NCBI GenBank assembly: GCA_037442085.1
Contig: JBBIQY010000005.1
Span: 715 to 64,714, forward strand
Direction: 5' to 3'
From: Anaerolineae bacterium
GTDB taxonomy: Bacteria; Chloroflexota; Anaerolineae; Anaerolineales; UBA6663
Length of the DNA: 64,000 nucleotides
Part shown: positions 1-10,482 of the stretch, piece after piece
Layout: each line of letters opens with the position of its first letter
How positions within the stretch are numbered: position 1 is the first letter of the stretch
Position numbers and translations under genes: made by a program
The notes under the pieces: model-generated
Told to the model about the DNA's origin: nothing
Seen by the model: the letters and a program-made list of their open reading frames with translations, nothing else
Databases searched by the model: none

Positions 1-627
1 ATTGGCAAGAAAGTTGGCATGACCCAGCTCATCTCGAATGCTGGCGCAGTGACGCCGGTGACGCTGATCGAAGCTGGGCCGTGTTTTGTGACTCAGGTTC
101 GCACCGTCGAGAAGGACGGCTATTCGGCCGTTCAACTGGGCTTCGAGGAAGTGAATCCGCGCAAGCTCACCGGCGGCGAGAAGGGCCACCTCAAGCGCAA
201 CGGCCTGAATTTGCCGCCGCTGCGCCACCTCCACGAGTTCCGCACGGATAACCCGGACGTGAAGGAGGGCGACAAGATCGCCGTAGATGTGTTCGCCGTC
301 GGCGAACATGTAGATGTGACGGGCGTCAGCAAAGGCAAGGGCTTTCAGGGCGGCATCAAGCGTCATCACTTCCGTCGTCAGAACAAGACGCACGGCGCGT
401 CCGACCGCACCCGCGCTCCGGGCGCCAGCTCCTCCAACACCACGCCGGGCCGACTCCGCAAAGGCAAGCGGATGGCCGGTCACATGGGGATGGAGCGCGT
501 CACCTCGCAAAACATCCAGGTCGCCCTGGTGGATGCCGAGCGCAACCTGATCGGTGTGCGTGGCAGTGTGCCGGGCGCCAACGGCGCGATCGTGTACATC
601 AAGCCTGCTCGGAAGGGAGGTAAGTGA
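1..627 (+). CDS. rplC: 50S ribosomal protein L3 (5' end cut by window edge)
   Basis: Frame open from nt 1 (IGKKVGMTQLIS...); L3-like sequence incl. KGKGFQGGIKRHHF; lies directly upstream of rplD. Confidence 0.95.
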   Translation: MGKKVGMTQLISNAGAVTPVTLIEAGPCFVTQVRTVEKDGYSAVQLGFEEVNPRKLTGGEKGHLKRNGLNLPPLRHLHEFRTDNPDVKEGDKIAVDVFAVGEHVDVTGVSKGKGFQGGIKRHHFRRQNKTHGASDRTRAPGASSSNTTPGRLRKGKRMAGHMGMERVTSQNIQVALVDAERNLIGVRGSVPGANGAIVYIKPARKGGK

Positions 628-692
628 TTGGAGATCAGGGATGAGAGATGAGAGATTGAAACTCAATCTCCGCTCTCCAATTGCCAGTCTCC
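626..692. repeat. Imperfect palindromic word-repeat element (GGAGAT / GAGATTG ... CAATCTCC) in the rplC-rplD spacer
   Basis: GAGATTG (652-658) pairs with CAATCTC (664-670); flanks rich in GGAGAT/ATCTCC words; same words recur at 6 other loci. Confidence 0.6.
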
Positions 693-706
693 GTTCACGA
701 ACAGTC

Positions 707-1327
707 ATGGAAGTCGAAGTCAAGAACCTCAAGGGTGAAAAGGTCAGCACGGTTGAGTTGCCGGCGGCTATTTTTGAGGCGCCCATTCGTAAAGACCTGA
801 TGCACCAGGCATTGGTGCGCCAGTTGGCGAACGCCCGTCAGGGCACACACTCCACCAAGACGCGCGGCGAGGTGGCCGGCGGGGGCAAGAAGCCTTGGAA
901 GCAGAAGGGCACGGGCCGCGCCCGACAAGGCTCGACGCGTGCGCCGCAGTGGAAGGGCGGCGGCAAAGTCCACACGCCAAAGCCGCGCGACTATAGCTTG
1001 AGGATGCCGCGTCAGATGCGCCGAGCGGCGCTGCGCTCGGCGCTGAGCGCCAAGGCCGCCGAGGCCCAAATTGTGGTTGTGCAGGACTTGACGTTGGACA
1101 AGCCCAAAACTTCCGAGATGCTGCAGGCGCTGGTGAATCTGGTGGGCACGGATAGCGCACTGGTGCTGCTGCCGGAGAGGAACGACAACGTCGAGAAATC
1201 CATCCGCAACATCGAGCATGCCAAGTATCTGCGCGCCAATTACCTCAACATCCGCGATCTGCTTGGCTATGATCGGCTGGTGATGCCGCTTTCGGCCCTG
1301 GACGTCATCCAGAGCTATCTGGGCTGA
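707..1327 (+). CDS. rplD: 50S ribosomal protein L4
   Basis: Track ORF 554-1327 trimmed to ATG 707 (MEVEVKNLKGEKV...); motif KKPWKQKGTGRARQGS; S10-operon order. Confidence 0.95.
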   Translation: MEVEVKNLKGEKVSTVELPAAIFEAPIRKDLMHQALVRQLANARQGTHSTKTRGEVAGGGKKPWKQKGTGRARQGSTRAPQWKGGGKVHTPKPRDYSLRMPRQMRRAALRSALSAKAAEAQIVVVQDLTLDKPKTSEMLQALVNLVGTDSALVLLPERNDNVEKSIRNIEHAKYLRANYLNIRDLLGYDRLVMPLSALDVIQSYLG

Positions 1328-1340
1328 GGAGTAACGAGCA

Positions 1341-1646
1341 ATGCTGACGCTGTACGACATTCTGCGGCGCCCGGTGGAGACCGAAAAGTCTCGTTATCAG
1401 AACCGCAAGCTGCATCAATACGTGTTTGAAGTCGCGCCGCAGGCCACCAAAACCCAAGTCAAGGAAGCGGTCGAGACGCTGTTCGATGTGGATGTCATCA
1501 AGGTGAACATGCTGATTGTGCCGGCCAAGAAAGGCCGCCGGGGCAGGATGCGTCGCGTGGTGACGCGTAACCCCGAATACAAAAAGGCTATTGTCACGAT
1601 TCGCGCCGATCAGACGATCGAACTTTTCGAGGGTGTACAGGCGTAA
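1341..1646 (+). CDS. rplW: 50S ribosomal protein L23
   Basis: 101 aa, MLTLYDILRRPVETEKS...; L23-like; between rplD and rplB. Confidence 0.95.
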   Translation: MLTLYDILRRPVETEKSRYQNRKLHQYVFEVAPQATKTQVKEAVETLFDVDVIKVNMLIVPAKKGRRGRMRRVVTRNPEYKKAIVTIRADQTIELFEGVQA

Positions 1647-1664
1647 CTGCGTTACGGAGACATC

Positions 1665-2498
1665 ATGGCTGTCAAAGTCTACAAACCCACCTCGCCCGGC
1701 CGGCGCGGCATGACCAGCCCGACCTTCGAGGAAATTACCAAGACCAAGCCGGAGCGCCGGCTGACCCGGCCTAAGCGCAAGACCGGCGGGCGCGATAACC
1801 AGGGCACCATCAGTGTGCGCCACCGCGGCGGCGGCAACCGGCGTCAATTGCGCCTGGTTGACTTCAAGCGCGATAAGCTGGACGTCCCGGCCAAGGTCGC
1901 GGCGATCGAGTACGATCCAAACCGCACCGCCCGCCTCGCCCTGCTGTTTTACGCGGACGGCGAGAAGCGCTACATCATCGCGCCGCTGGAGCTGAATGTC
2001 GGCGATACCGTGATCGCCAGCAAACGTGAAATTGATATCCGCCCCGGTAACGCGCTGCGCATCGCCAACATTCCGGTTGGCACCACGATTCACAACATCG
2101 AAATCCAGCCGGGCAAGGGCGCGCAGATTGCGCGCTCGGCGGGCATGGCCGCGCAGTTGCTGGGCAAGGAGGGCGATTACGCACAGGTCCGTCTGCCCTC
2201 GGGTGAGGTGCGCCTGATCCGCCAGGACTGCATGGCGACCATCGGCGTGGTAGGCAACCTGGATCACGCCAATGTCAAGCTGGGCAAGGCGGGCCGCAAG
2301 CGCCACCTGGGCATCCGCCCAACAGTGCGCGGCACGGCGATGTCACCGCGCGACCATCCACACGGCGGCGGTGAGGGCCGTCAGCCGGTGGGCAAGCCGG
2401 GGCCGCGCAGCCCCTGGGGCATGCCGACGCGCGGCTACAAGACTCGCCGCAACAAGAAGTCGAGTCAGTTTATCGTGAAACGGCGAGGTCGCCGGTAA
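1665..2498 (+). CDS. rplB: 50S ribosomal protein L2
   Basis: [15 protein letters not shown]...; [14 protein letters not shown] motif; synteny. Confidence 0.97.
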   Translation: MAVKVYKPTSPGRRGMTSPTFEEITKTKPERRLTRPKRKTGGRDNQGTISVRHRGGGNRRQLRLVDFKRDKLDVPAKVAAIEYDPNRTARLALLFYADGEKRYIIAPLELNVGDTVIASKREIDIRPGNALRIANIPVGTTIHNIEIQPGKGAQIARSAGMAAQLLGKEGDYAQVRLPSGEVRLIRQDCMATIGVVGNLDHANVKLGKAGRKRHLGIRPTVRGTAMSPRDHPHGGGEGRQPVGKPGPRSPWGMPTRGYKTRRNKKSSQFIVKRRGRR

Positions 2499-2574
2499 GA
2501 CGGAAAAGGTGGCGCGGACCCGGGTGTGAGCGCAAGGGCGCACATGGCGGAACACGCGCTACGGTGGAGCAGCT

Positions 2575-2874
2575 ATGTCCCGTTCACAGAAAAAAGGCCC
2601 TTTCGTGGAGCCGAAATTGCTGAAGCGCGTGGAGAGCATGAATCAGCGCGGCGACAAGAAGGTCATCAAGACCTGGAGCCGGGCCAGCACCATCTTTCCG
2701 CAGATGGTCGGCCACACCATCGCCGTGCACGATGGCCGCCGCCATGTTCCGATCTATATCACCGAGAATATGGTCGGCCATAAGCTGGGCGAGTTCGCGC
2801 CAACGCGCACCTTCCGCGGCCATGTGGCCAAGGAGGAGAAGACGACAGCCACCGGCGAGGGAGGGAAGAAATGA
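2575..2874 (+). CDS. rpsS: 30S ribosomal protein S19
   Basis: [16 protein letters not shown]...[17 protein letters not shown]; short Lys/Glu-rich C-terminal tail. Confidence 0.96.
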   Translation: MSRSQKKGPFVEPKLLKRVESMNQRGDKKVIKTWSRASTIFPQMVGHTIAVHDGRRHVPIYITENMVGHKLGEFAPTRTFRGHVAKEEKTTATGEGGKK

Positions 2875-3221
2875 CCGAAGTTCGCGCGCAAGCCCGCTAT
2901 GTGGGCGTGTCGGCGCAAAAGGCGCGGCTGGTCGTGGACCTGGTGCGCGGCCAGAGAGCCGAAGATGCGCTCAATGTGCTCAAGTTCATGCCCAAGGCGG
3001 CGGCCCGCCACGTCTACAAAGTCGTCAAGACCGCCATGGCCAACGCCGACGAGAATTTCGGCCTGAACGTCGGCGATCTGTTCATTACCAAAGCGTTCGT
3101 GGATGAAGCGCCTACCCGCAAGTGGCGGCGCTTTGGCGCACGTGGGCGCTTCAAGCCGCTGCTGCGGCGTTCGGCGCATATCACCATCGTCGTGGCGGAG
3201 AAAGAAGGAGCGGCGTCCTAA
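2871..3221 (+). CDS. rplV: 50S ribosomal protein L22
   Basis: ATGA overlap with rpsS; [20 protein letters not shown]; synteny. Confidence 0.95.
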   Translation: MTEVRAQARYVGVSAQKARLVVDLVRGQRAEDALNVLKFMPKAAARHVYKVVKTAMANADENFGLNVGDLFITKAFVDEAPTRKWRRFGARGRFKPLLRRSAHITIVVAEKEGAAS

Positions 3222-3898
3222 TGGGTCGTAAAGTTCATCCGATCGGCTTCCGGCTGGGCATCATCAAAGACTGGGAGGCGCGCTGGTATGCGCCGCGCGG
3301 CAAATACGCCGCTCAGCTCCAGCAGGACTTCCAGATTCGCCAGCTGGTGTACCGTGAAGCGCCCAAAGCCGCCATCGCGCGCGTGGATATTGACCGCTCG
3401 CCGTCGAGCGTGACGATCACGATCTGGACGGCCAAGCCCGGCATCCTGATTGGGCGCAAGGGTGCCGCGGTGAAGGTGCTGCGCCAGAAGTTGGAAGCGC
3501 TGACCGGCGCCAAGGTCAAGCTGGAGATTGAGGAGATCGCCAAGCCCGACCTGGAAGCGCAATTGGTGGCCGAGAACATCACCGACCAGATCGAGCGCCG
3601 CATCAGCCACAGCCGGGCGATGAAGCGCGCCATTCAGCAGGCGATGAAGATGGGCGCGCAAGGCGTCAAGATCGTCGCCTCGGGTCGGCTCGGCGGCGCC
3701 GAAATGTCGCGCCGCGAGGTGGCGCGCGAGGGCCGCGTGCCGTCGCAGACGCTGCGCGCCGATATTGACTTCGCACGCGCCGAAGCCCTGACCACCTTTG
3801 GCCACATCGGCGTCAAGGTGTGGATCTACAAGGGCGAGAAGATGCCGGAAGCGATCGAAGTGCCGGAAGTGCAAGAGGACGTTTACGTCAGCGAATAG
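3221..3898 (+). CDS. rpsC: 30S ribosomal protein S3
   Basis: Track ORF 3122-3898 trimmed to ATG 3221 (TAATG overlap with rplV stop); [14 protein letters not shown]..., KH-type GRKGAAVKVL. Confidence 0.95.
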   Translation: MGRKVHPIGFRLGIIKDWEARWYAPRGKYAAQLQQDFQIRQLVYREAPKAAIARVDIDRSPSSVTITIWTAKPGILIGRKGAAVKVLRQKLEALTGAKVKLEIEEIAKPDLEAQLVAENITDQIERRISHSRAMKRAIQQAMKMGAQGVKIVASGRLGGAEMSRREVAREGRVPSQTLRADIDFARAEALTTFGHIGVKVWIYKGEKMPEAIEVPEVQEDVYVSE

Positions 3899-3988
3899 GG
3901 AGGGCGGACGGCGACCGGCAGAGAGCGACGGGCGCGCTTGTCGGCCGCATGCCGTGAGCCAGACGCCCTCAGCCAACGAGGTGAGACG

Positions 3989-4423
3989 ATGTTGATGCCA
4001 AAGCGCGTCAAATGGCGCAAACAAATGCGCGGGCGCATGACCGGACACGAGACCCGCGGCGTAGAGATTGCATTTGGCGAGTACGCCCTGCAGGCGCTCG
4101 AGCCGTGCTGGCTGACGCAGCGCCAGATCGAGGCCGCCCGCCGCGCCCTGGTGCGCTACATGAAGCGCCGCGGCAAAGTCTGGGTGCGGATCTTCCCCGA
4201 TAAACCGGTGACCAAGCGCGCCGCCGAGAGCCGCATGGGCAAGGGCAAGGGCGCCGTGGATCACTGGGTCGCCGTCATCAAGCCGGGCCGGATCATCTTC
4301 GAAGTGGCCGGCCTGCCGGAAGAAGTGGCGCGCGAGGCGATCCGCCTGGCTTCGCACAAGCTGCCTATCAAGACCAAGATGATCGTGGCCGCCGATCTGA
4401 TCGGCGCCGGAGGTCAGTCATGA
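3989..4423 (+). CDS. rplP: 50S ribosomal protein L16
   Basis: Trimmed to ATG 3989 after GAGGTGA; [17 protein letters not shown]... Confidence 0.95.
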   Translation: MLMPKRVKWRKQMRGRMTGHETRGVEIAFGEYALQALEPCWLTQRQIEAARRALVRYMKRRGKVWVRIFPDKPVTKRAAESRMGKGKGAVDHWVAVIKPGRIIFEVAGLPEEVAREAIRLASHKLPIKTKMIVAADLIGAGGQS

Positions 4424-4635
4424 GTCCAGAAGAAATTCGGGCGCTGAGCACGGAGGAGATCGCCGCCAAGCTCGAAGATGCCCGCGAAGAGTTGTTCAAG
4501 CTGCGGTTTCGATTTCGAACCGGCCAGTTGAAAGATTACAGCCGGCTGCGCGCGACTCGCCGCGCCATTGCGCGCTTCGCGACCATTCTGCGAGAGCGTG
4601 CCCTAGCGGCGCAGCTGGCCGCGAAGGAGAGCTAA
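4420..4635 (+). CDS. rpmC: 50S ribosomal protein L29
   Basis: ATGA overlap with rplP; 71 aa; [15 protein letters not shown]. Confidence 0.93.
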   Translation: MSPEEIRALSTEEIAAKLEDAREELFKLRFRFRTGQLKDYSRLRATRRAIARFATILRERALAAQLAAKES

Positions 4636-4636
4636 C

Positions 4637-4987
4637 ATGGCCCGCCGTCGTTTGACCGGCAAAGTAATCAGCAACAAGATGATGAAAACGGTGGTGGTGC
4701 AGGTGGATAGCAGCTTCCGCCATCCGTTGTATGGCAAGGTGGTGCACCGCACCCACAAGTACCTGGCCCACGACGAGCAGGCCTGCCAGCCGGGCGACAA
4801 GGTGCAGATCGTGGAGAGCCGCCCCCTCAGCAAGCGCAAGCGCTGGGTCGTGGAAAGTGTGCTCAGCCGCGGGGTGCAGGTCTCGGAGGTTGCGCCGGAA
4901 CCGGCCGTCGAGGCCGTTGTCGGGGAGATGCCTGCCGAGACAGCATCGGCGTCGCTCGGAAGCCCGCTCTCAGGGAGTGAGTCATGA
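4637..4987 (+). CDS. rpsQ: 30S ribosomal protein S17 (with about 35-aa C-terminal extension)
   Basis: [16 protein letters not shown]...[18 protein letters not shown] core; extra Ala/Glu/Ser-rich tail; ATGA overlap with rplN. Confidence 0.93.
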   Translation: MARRRLTGKVISNKMMKTVVVQVDSSFRHPLYGKVVHRTHKYLAHDEQACQPGDKVQIVESRPLSKRKRWVVESVLSRGVQVSEVAPEPAVEAVVGEMPAETASASLGSPLSGSES

Positions 4988-5355
4988 TCCAGCAGGAGTC
5001 TCGACTGACGGTGGCGGATAACACCGGCGCTCGCGAGCTCCTGGTGATCCGCGTCATGGGCGGCTCCAAGCGCCGCTATGGTTACATCGGCGACGTGGTG
5101 GTGGCGACGGTGAAGGACGCCGCGCCGCAAGGCTCGGTGAAGAAGTCGGCCATCGTCAAGGCCGTAATTGTGCGCTGCGCCAAGGAATTCAAGCGGGACG
5201 ACGGCTCGTACATTCGCTTTGACGACAACGCCGCCGTCATCCTGGATGAGGACGGTGAGAACCCCAAAGGCACGCGCATCTTTGGCCCGGTGGCGCGCGA
5301 GCTGCGCGAGAAGGGTTTCATGAAAATCGTCTCGCTCGCGCCGGAAGTGCTTTGA
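4984..5355 (+). CDS. rplN: 50S ribosomal protein L14
   Basis: [18 protein letters not shown]...; 123 aa. Confidence 0.97.
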   Translation: MIQQESRLTVADNTGARELLVIRVMGGSKRRYGYIGDVVVATVKDAAPQGSVKKSAIVKAVIVRCAKEFKRDDGSYIRFDDNAAVILDEDGENPKGTRIFGPVARELREKGFMKIVSLAPEVL

Positions 5356-5420
5356 GGCGCGCCGGAATGCGTCCGGCGTCGGATCGTGAGCTGCGCAACA
5401 CGCACGATGCGAGGTGGCTT

Positions 5421-5750
5421 ATGAAGATGAAGATCAAGAAGGGCGACACCGTCGAAGTGATCGCCGGCAAAGATAAAGGCAAACGCGGTGAGGTACGGCA
5501 GGTGCTGCCCAAAGAAAACCGGGTGATCGTGCAGGGCGTCAACGTGCGCAAGAAACACAAGAAGGCCAACCCGGGACAGTCCGGCGTCCAGGGCCAGCCG
5601 CAGATCATAGAGTTCGACGCGCCGCTGCATGCTTCCAACGTGATGGTGGTGGACCCCAAGGAAAATAAGCCGACCCGGGTGGGCTACCGGCTGGAGGGCG
5701 GCAAGTGGGTGCGCTATGCCAAAAAGAGCGGCGAGCTGCTGGATAAATAA
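5421..5750 (+). CDS. rplX: 50S ribosomal protein L24
   Basis: Track ORF trimmed to ATG 5421 (alt. ATG 5427) after GAGGTGG; KOW motif [22 protein letters not shown]. Confidence 0.93.
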   Translation: MKMKIKKGDTVEVIAGKDKGKRGEVRQVLPKENRVIVQGVNVRKKHKKANPGQSGVQGQPQIIEFDAPLHASNVMVVDPKENKPTRVGYRLEGGKWVRYAKKSGELLDK

Positions 5751-5762
5751 GGCGAGGTTGAG

Positions 5763-6317
5763 ATGCACCGACTCCACGAGTTCTATAAGCAGGAAGCGCT
5801 GCCGCAGTTGATGCGCGAGTTCCAGCTCAAGAATGTCATGCAGGCACCGCGCCTGGAGAAGATCGTCGTCAACATCGGCGTCGGCTCCGAGACGCAGACC
5901 GACAGCAAAGCGGTGGACGCCGCCGTCGGCGACCTGATGATCATCACCGGCCAGAAACCGGTCGTGACCAAAGCGCGCAAAAGTATCTCGAACTTCAAGC
6001 TGCGCGAAGGCAAAGCGATCGGCGTCAAGGTGACGCTGCGCGGCGAGAGGATGTGGGCCTTCCTCGACCGGCTGATGAACCTGGCGCTGCCGCGCGTGCG
6101 CGACTTCCGCGGCGTGCCGGCGGACGCCTTCGACGGGCGCGGCAATTACACGCTCGGCCTGCGTGAGCAGCTCGTGTTCCCGGAGATCGAGTACGACAAG
6201 ATTGACAAGCTGCGCGGTATGGAGATCACGGTGGTCACCTCGGCCCGCACCGATGAACAGGGGCGGCGCCTGTTGCAGCTGCTGGGGATGCCGTTCCGCA
6301 AGAAAGGCGCGAATTAA
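5763..6317 (+). CDS. rplE: 50S ribosomal protein L5
   Basis: 184 aa; [13 protein letters not shown]...; spc-operon position. Confidence 0.96.
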   Translation: MHRLHEFYKQEALPQLMREFQLKNVMQAPRLEKIVVNIGVGSETQTDSKAVDAAVGDLMIITGQKPVVTKARKSISNFKLREGKAIGVKVTLRGERMWAFLDRLMNLALPRVRDFRGVPADAFDGRGNYTLGLREQLVFPEIEYDKIDKLRGMEITVVTSARTDEQGRRLLQLLGMPFRKKGAN

Positions 6318-6318
6318 G

Positions 6319-6501
6319 ATGGCCAAGAAGTGCATGCAATACCGCGAGATGCGGCGCAAGTACGAAGTGCGGGTGCGCAACCGCTGCAAGTTGTGTGGGC
6401 GCCCGCGCGGCTTCATCCGCCGTTTCCAGTTGTGTCGCATTTGTTTCCGTGAACTGGCGCTCGCCGGGAAGATCCCGGGCGTGGTCAAGTCATCCTGGTA
6501 A
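6319..6501 (+). CDS. rpsZ: 30S ribosomal protein S14, zinc-binding type Z
   Basis: ATG 6319 one nt after rplE stop (track ORF 6163 start rejected); 60 aa; CKLCGRP...CRIC zinc ribbon. Confidence 0.93.
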   Translation: MAKKCMQYREMRRKYEVRVRNRCKLCGRPRGFIRRFQLCRICFRELALAGKIPGVVKSSW

Positions 6502-6519
6502 CAGGCGAGGAGAGCAGGT

Positions 6520-6930
6520 ATGCACAGCGATCCTATTGCGGATATGCTCACACGCATTCGAAATGCGTTGATGGCCGGGCACGCCAGCGTGTCTCTGCCC
6601 AGCTCAAAGCTGAAGCTGGCCATCGCCCAGATTCTTAAGGAAGAGGGCTTCATCGAGGATTACCAGGTGCTGCTCGCCGACGGCGCGGTGCAGCCCTCGC
6701 TGCGCCTGACGCTCAAATACGTCGGCCAGCGCCGCGAGAAGCGCCCGGTGATCTCCGGCCTGGAACGTGTCTCTAAGCCGGGACGCCGCATCTACACCCG
6801 CAAGAGTGAAATCCCGTGGGTGCTTTCCGGCATGGGCATCGCGATCCTGTCCACGCCGCGCGGCGTGATGACGGGTGCCAAGGCCCGTAAGCTGGGCGTG
6901 GGCGGTGAAGTCCTGTGCAAAGTGTGGTAA
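6520..6930 (+). CDS. rpsH: 30S ribosomal protein S8
   Basis: [16 protein letters not shown]...; 136 aa. Confidence 0.96.
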   Translation: MHSDPIADMLTRIRNALMAGHASVSLPSSKLKLAIAQILKEEGFIEDYQVLLADGAVQPSLRLTLKYVGQRREKRPVISGLERVSKPGRRIYTRKSEIPWVLSGMGIAILSTPRGVMTGAKARKLGVGGEVLCKVW

Positions 6931-6944
6931 GGAGCGAGTGAGGG

Positions 6945-7490
6945 ATGTCCCGAATAGGCAAGAAGCCCATCGTCCTGCCGAAGAATGTGACGGTGGACAT
7001 TCACGATAACACGGTCAAAGTCAAAGGCCCCAAGGGTGAGCTGGTGCGACGTTTTGCGCCGGAGATCGAGATCGTGCTGGAGAACGGCGAGATCGTCCTG
7101 AAGCGTTCATCCGAAACGCGCCAGGTGCGCGCACTGCACGGCACCACGCGCGCTGTTCTCAATAACATGGTCAACGGCGTGAGCCAGGGCTTTACCAAGA
7201 CTTTGCAGGTGGAGGGCGTCGGCTACAAGGCCGAGATGAAGGGCAAACAACTGGTCTTGTCGTTGGGTTACTCCCACCCGATTGTGATGGATCCGCCGGC
7301 GGGCATCAGCTTTGCCTGGGATGAAAAGGCGCGCCTGATCACGGTGAGCGGCATTGACCGAGAGCTGGTCGGGCAGGTCGCTGCCGACCTGCGCGCCTGG
7401 CGTCCGCCCGAGCCGTACAAGGGCAAGGGCCTGCGCTACCAGGGCGAGCAGATCAGGCGCAAGGCCGGCAAGGCCCGCAAGGCCGGCTAA
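6945..7490 (+). CDS. rplF: 50S ribosomal protein L6
   Basis: MSRIGKKPIVLPKNVTV...; 181 aa. Confidence 0.96.
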   Translation: MSRIGKKPIVLPKNVTVDIHDNTVKVKGPKGELVRRFAPEIEIVLENGEIVLKRSSETRQVRALHGTTRAVLNNMVNGVSQGFTKTLQVEGVGYKAEMKGKQLVLSLGYSHPIVMDPPAGISFAWDEKARLITVSGIDRELVGQVAADLRAWRPPEPYKGKGLRYQGEQIRRKAGKARKAG

Positions 7491-7503
7491 GGAGTGAACT
7501 GAA

Positions 7504-7869
7504 ATGGCGAAGGCAAAACGTGTCGAAAGCCGGGCGCGCCGCCACCGCCGCGTGCGCGCGCGCATCGCCGGGACGGCAGTCCGCCCGCGGCTCAACGTCT
7601 TCCGCAGCCTGTCGAATATCTACGTCCAGTTGATTGACGATCAGCGCGGCGTCACTCTGGCCTCGGCTTCGACGATTGATGCCGAACTGAAGGCCAGCCT
7701 GGGCGGCAAGAAAAAATCCGAGCAGGCCAGGTTGGTCGGCGCGGCAATTGCGGAACGGGCCAAGGCCAAGGGCATCACCCAGGTGGTGTTTGACCGCGGC
7801 GGGTACAAGTATCACGGACGTGTCAAGGCGGTGGCCGATGGCGCGCGTGAAGGTGGACTGGAGTTCTAA
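7504..7869 (+). CDS. rplR: 50S ribosomal protein L18
   Basis: [24 protein letters not shown]...[13 protein letters not shown]. Confidence 0.95.
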   Translation: MAKAKRVESRARRHRRVRARIAGTAVRPRLNVFRSLSNIYVQLIDDQRGVTLASASTIDAELKASLGGKKKSEQARLVGAAIAERAKAKGITQVVFDRGGYKYHGRVKAVADGAREGGLEF

Positions 7870-8439
7870 ATGGCCGATCAGCGACAGCAACGACAGCAAC
7901 GTCAGCCGCGCCGCGACCGCGACGAGGATCGCGGCAACGAGCTGGATGAGCGCGTGATTGACATCGCCCGCGTCGCCAAAGTGATCAAGGGCGGGCGCCG
8001 CTTCGCCTTTCGTGTCGTGGTGGTGGCTGGCGACAATCGCGGCCACGTGAGCATCGGCATAGGCAAGAGCCGCGCCGTGCCGGATGCCATCCGCAAAGCG
8101 ACCGAGCGTGCCCGTCGCAGCCTGCGCGCCGTCACGCTGGCGGGCAACACTATTCCCCACGAGATCGTCGGACAGCGCGGCGGCGCGAAGGTGCTGCTCA
8201 AGCCGGCCTCGCCCGGCACGGGCGTGATCGCCGGCGGCGGCGTGCGTGCCGTGCTCGAAGTGGCCGGCGTGCGCGACATCCTGACCAAATCCATGGGCAG
8301 CCCGAACGTGCTCAACGTCGTCAACGCCACGCTGGACGCGCTGACCAAACTCAAGCAGCCGAGCGTCGAGGCGGCCAGCCGCGGCAAAGACCTGCGGTCG
8401 GTGACGCCGTTCTGGAGCCGGAGCAAGAAGAATGGCTGA
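7870..8439 (+). CDS. rpsE: 30S ribosomal protein S5 (Gln/Arg-rich N-terminal extension)
   Basis: VIDIARVAKVIKGGRRFAFRVVVVAGD core; starts 1 nt after rplR stop. Confidence 0.95.
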   Translation: MADQRQQRQQRQPRRDRDEDRGNELDERVIDIARVAKVIKGGRRFAFRVVVVAGDNRGHVSIGIGKSRAVPDAIRKATERARRSLRAVTLAGNTIPHEIVGQRGGAKVLLKPASPGTGVIAGGGVRAVLEVAGVRDILTKSMGSPNVLNVVNATLDALTKLKQPSVEAASRGKDLRSVTPFWSRSKKNG

Positions 8440-8629
8440 GAACATCCCTGCCAATAAGCTGCGGATCACGTTGGTCCGCAGCCCCATCGGTTTTTCCTAC
8501 CGACACAAGGCCACCATACGCGCACTCGGTCTGCGCAAAATCCGGCAGACGGTGGAGCAGAACGACACGCCCGTCATTCGCGGCATGTTGGCCAAGGTGG
8601 CGCGGCTGGTGAAAGTGGAGACGGTGTAG
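8432..8629 (+). CDS. rpmD: 50S ribosomal protein L30
   Basis: 65 aa; LRITLVRSPIG...RALGLRKIRQ; overlaps rpsE end. Confidence 0.92.
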   Translation: MAENIPANKLRITLVRSPIGFSYRHKATIRALGLRKIRQTVEQNDTPVIRGMLAKVARLVKVETV

Positions 8630-8632
8630 GCC

Positions 8633-9088
8633 ATGAAACTCCATGACTTAGGCCCCAACCCTGGGGCAAATCGGAAGAAGACCCGCGTCGGGCGTGGCAT
8701 CGCAGCAGGCAAAGGGAAGACGGCCGGACGTGGCACCAAGGGTGAGGGCGCGCGCAAAAGCAGCGGTGGCAAGCTGTACCGCCAGGGCGGCAATCTGCCG
8801 TTTTATCGCAGCCTGCCTTTCAAGCGCGGCTTTGTCAACATCTTTCGCACCGAGTACGCGGAGGTGAACGTGGAGCGGTTGGCCGGCTTTGCGGCCAACA
8901 CGGAGGTGACGCCGGAGAAACTGGTGGAAGCCGGCATCGTGCGCGATCTGACTCAGCCCATCGTCCTGCTCGGCCAGGGCGAGGTGAACGCAGCGTTGAC
9001 GGTCAGAGTGCATCGGGCGACCAAGTCGGCGGTGGCCAAGGTAGAAGCTGCTGGCGGCAAGGTCGAGCTCATCGCCCCGGCGGAATAA
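8633..9088 (+). CDS. rplO: 50S ribosomal protein L15
   Basis: MKLHDLGPNPGANRKKTRVGRGIAAGKGKTAGRGTKG... Confidence 0.95.
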   Translation: MKLHDLGPNPGANRKKTRVGRGIAAGKGKTAGRGTKGEGARKSSGGKLYRQGGNLPFYRSLPFKRGFVNIFRTEYAEVNVERLAGFAANTEVTPEKLVEAGIVRDLTQPIVLLGQGEVNAALTVRVHRATKSAVAKVEAAGGKVELIAPAE

Positions 9089-9110
9089 TGGGCGCTAATC
9101 GAGGTAAGCC

Positions 9111-10469
9111 ATGAGCGAATTCTTCGCGGCCCTGCGGCGCATCTGGTCGGCGGAAGACCTGCGCAATCGCATCCTGATCACCATCGGCATTCTGGTGATC
9201 TACCGTCTGGCGGCGCACGTGCCCGTGCCGGGCGTCAACGTGGACGCCGTGCGTGGGCTGCTGCAAGGCCAGACTTCGGCGGCGGGCAACCTGGTCAATC
9301 TGCTGGACCTGCTCTCGGGCGGCACGGTTTCCAATTTGTCTGTGCTAGCGATGGGCGTCTACCCATATATCACCGCGCAGATCATCCTGCAGCTTCTGGT
9401 GCCCATCATCCCGCGTTTGCAGCGCATGATGGAGGAGGACCCGAACCGCGGTCGCGAGATGATGGAGCGCTGGACGTATTACCTGGCCGTGCCGATGGCG
9501 GCGCTGAACGCCTTCGGCCAGATTCAGTTGATTCGCTCGTTGCCGTCCAATACGCCGGTGCTGCTCTTTGATACGGCGCTGGGCGGCCCCGGACTAGGCT
9601 TCAACCTACCGACGCTGACGATGATCATCGCCATGACCGGCGGCACCATGTTTGCCATCTGGCTGGGTGAGTTGATCTCGGAGTATGGCCTGCGCAAACA
9701 GGGCCTGTCGCTGATCATCTTTGCCGGCATTGTGGCGCGCGTGCCGTTCAACGTCGGCCAGCTGCTCAGCGACCAGACGCGCTGGTTAACCTCGCTGCTG
9801 GCCTTCATCTTCGTCCTGGTGCTGATGGTCTTCGCCATCGTGTTCGTCCAGCAGGGTCGGCGCAACGTGCCGGTGATGTACCCGGGCCGGCGCATGGGCA
9901 ACCGCATGAGCCTGCCGGTGCGCGGCAACCTGCCGTTGCAAATCAACATGGCCGGCATGATCCCGATCATCTTCGCCCAGTCCATCCTGACCTTCCCGGC
10001 CATCATCGCGCAGTTCTTTGTGAACGCGGAGACGCAATGGGTGCGCGACTTCGCGCGCAGCGTAAGCAACTTGTTTGGTGCGCAGGACCCGTGGTACTGG
10101 CTGCTGTACTTCCTGTGCGTCGTCGGCTTCACCTTTTTCTATACCGACGTGCTGTTCACCCAGCAGAACTATGGCGAAAACCTGAAGCGGGCCGGCGCGC
10201 AGATCCCGGGCGTGACTAGAGGCGCGCCGACGCAGAAGTACCTGACGAAAGTGCTGCGCCGCATCACGCTGCCGGGCGCAGTCTTCCTCGGCATCGTTGC
10301 CGTCATGCCTTTCCTGATCCAGCAAAGCGGCCTGATCCCAGTGGCCGCTCAGCTCTCGATCCTGAGCACCGGCCTGCTGATCGTGGTCGGCGTGGTGCGC
10401 GACACGTTCTTTGGCCTGGACGCGGAGCTGAAGCTGCGCGGCTACAGCGACTCGCTGCTGGTGAAATAA
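9111..10469 (+). CDS. secY: Preprotein translocase subunit SecY
   Basis: 452 aa polytopic protein; ILITIGILVIYRLAAHVPVPGV; position after rplO. Confidence 0.96.
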   Translation: MSEFFAALRRIWSAEDLRNRILITIGILVIYRLAAHVPVPGVNVDAVRGLLQGQTSAAGNLVNLLDLLSGGTVSNLSVLAMGVYPYITAQIILQLLVPIIPRLQRMMEEDPNRGREMMERWTYYLAVPMAALNAFGQIQLIRSLPSNTPVLLFDTALGGPGLGFNLPTLTMIIAMTGGTMFAIWLGELISEYGLRKQGLSLIIFAGIVARVPFNVGQLLSDQTRWLTSLLAFIFVLVLMVFAIVFVQQGRRNVPVMYPGRRMGNRMSLPVRGNLPLQINMAGMIPIIFAQSILTFPAIIAQFFVNAETQWVRDFARSVSNLFGAQDPWYWLLYFLCVVGFTFFYTDVLFTQQNYGENLKRAGAQIPGVTRGAPTQKYLTKVLRRITLPGAVFLGIVAVMPFLIQQSGLIPVAAQLSILSTGLLIVVGVVRDTFFGLDAELKLRGYSDSLLVK

Positions 10470-10482
10470 TCGGAAGTAAACG

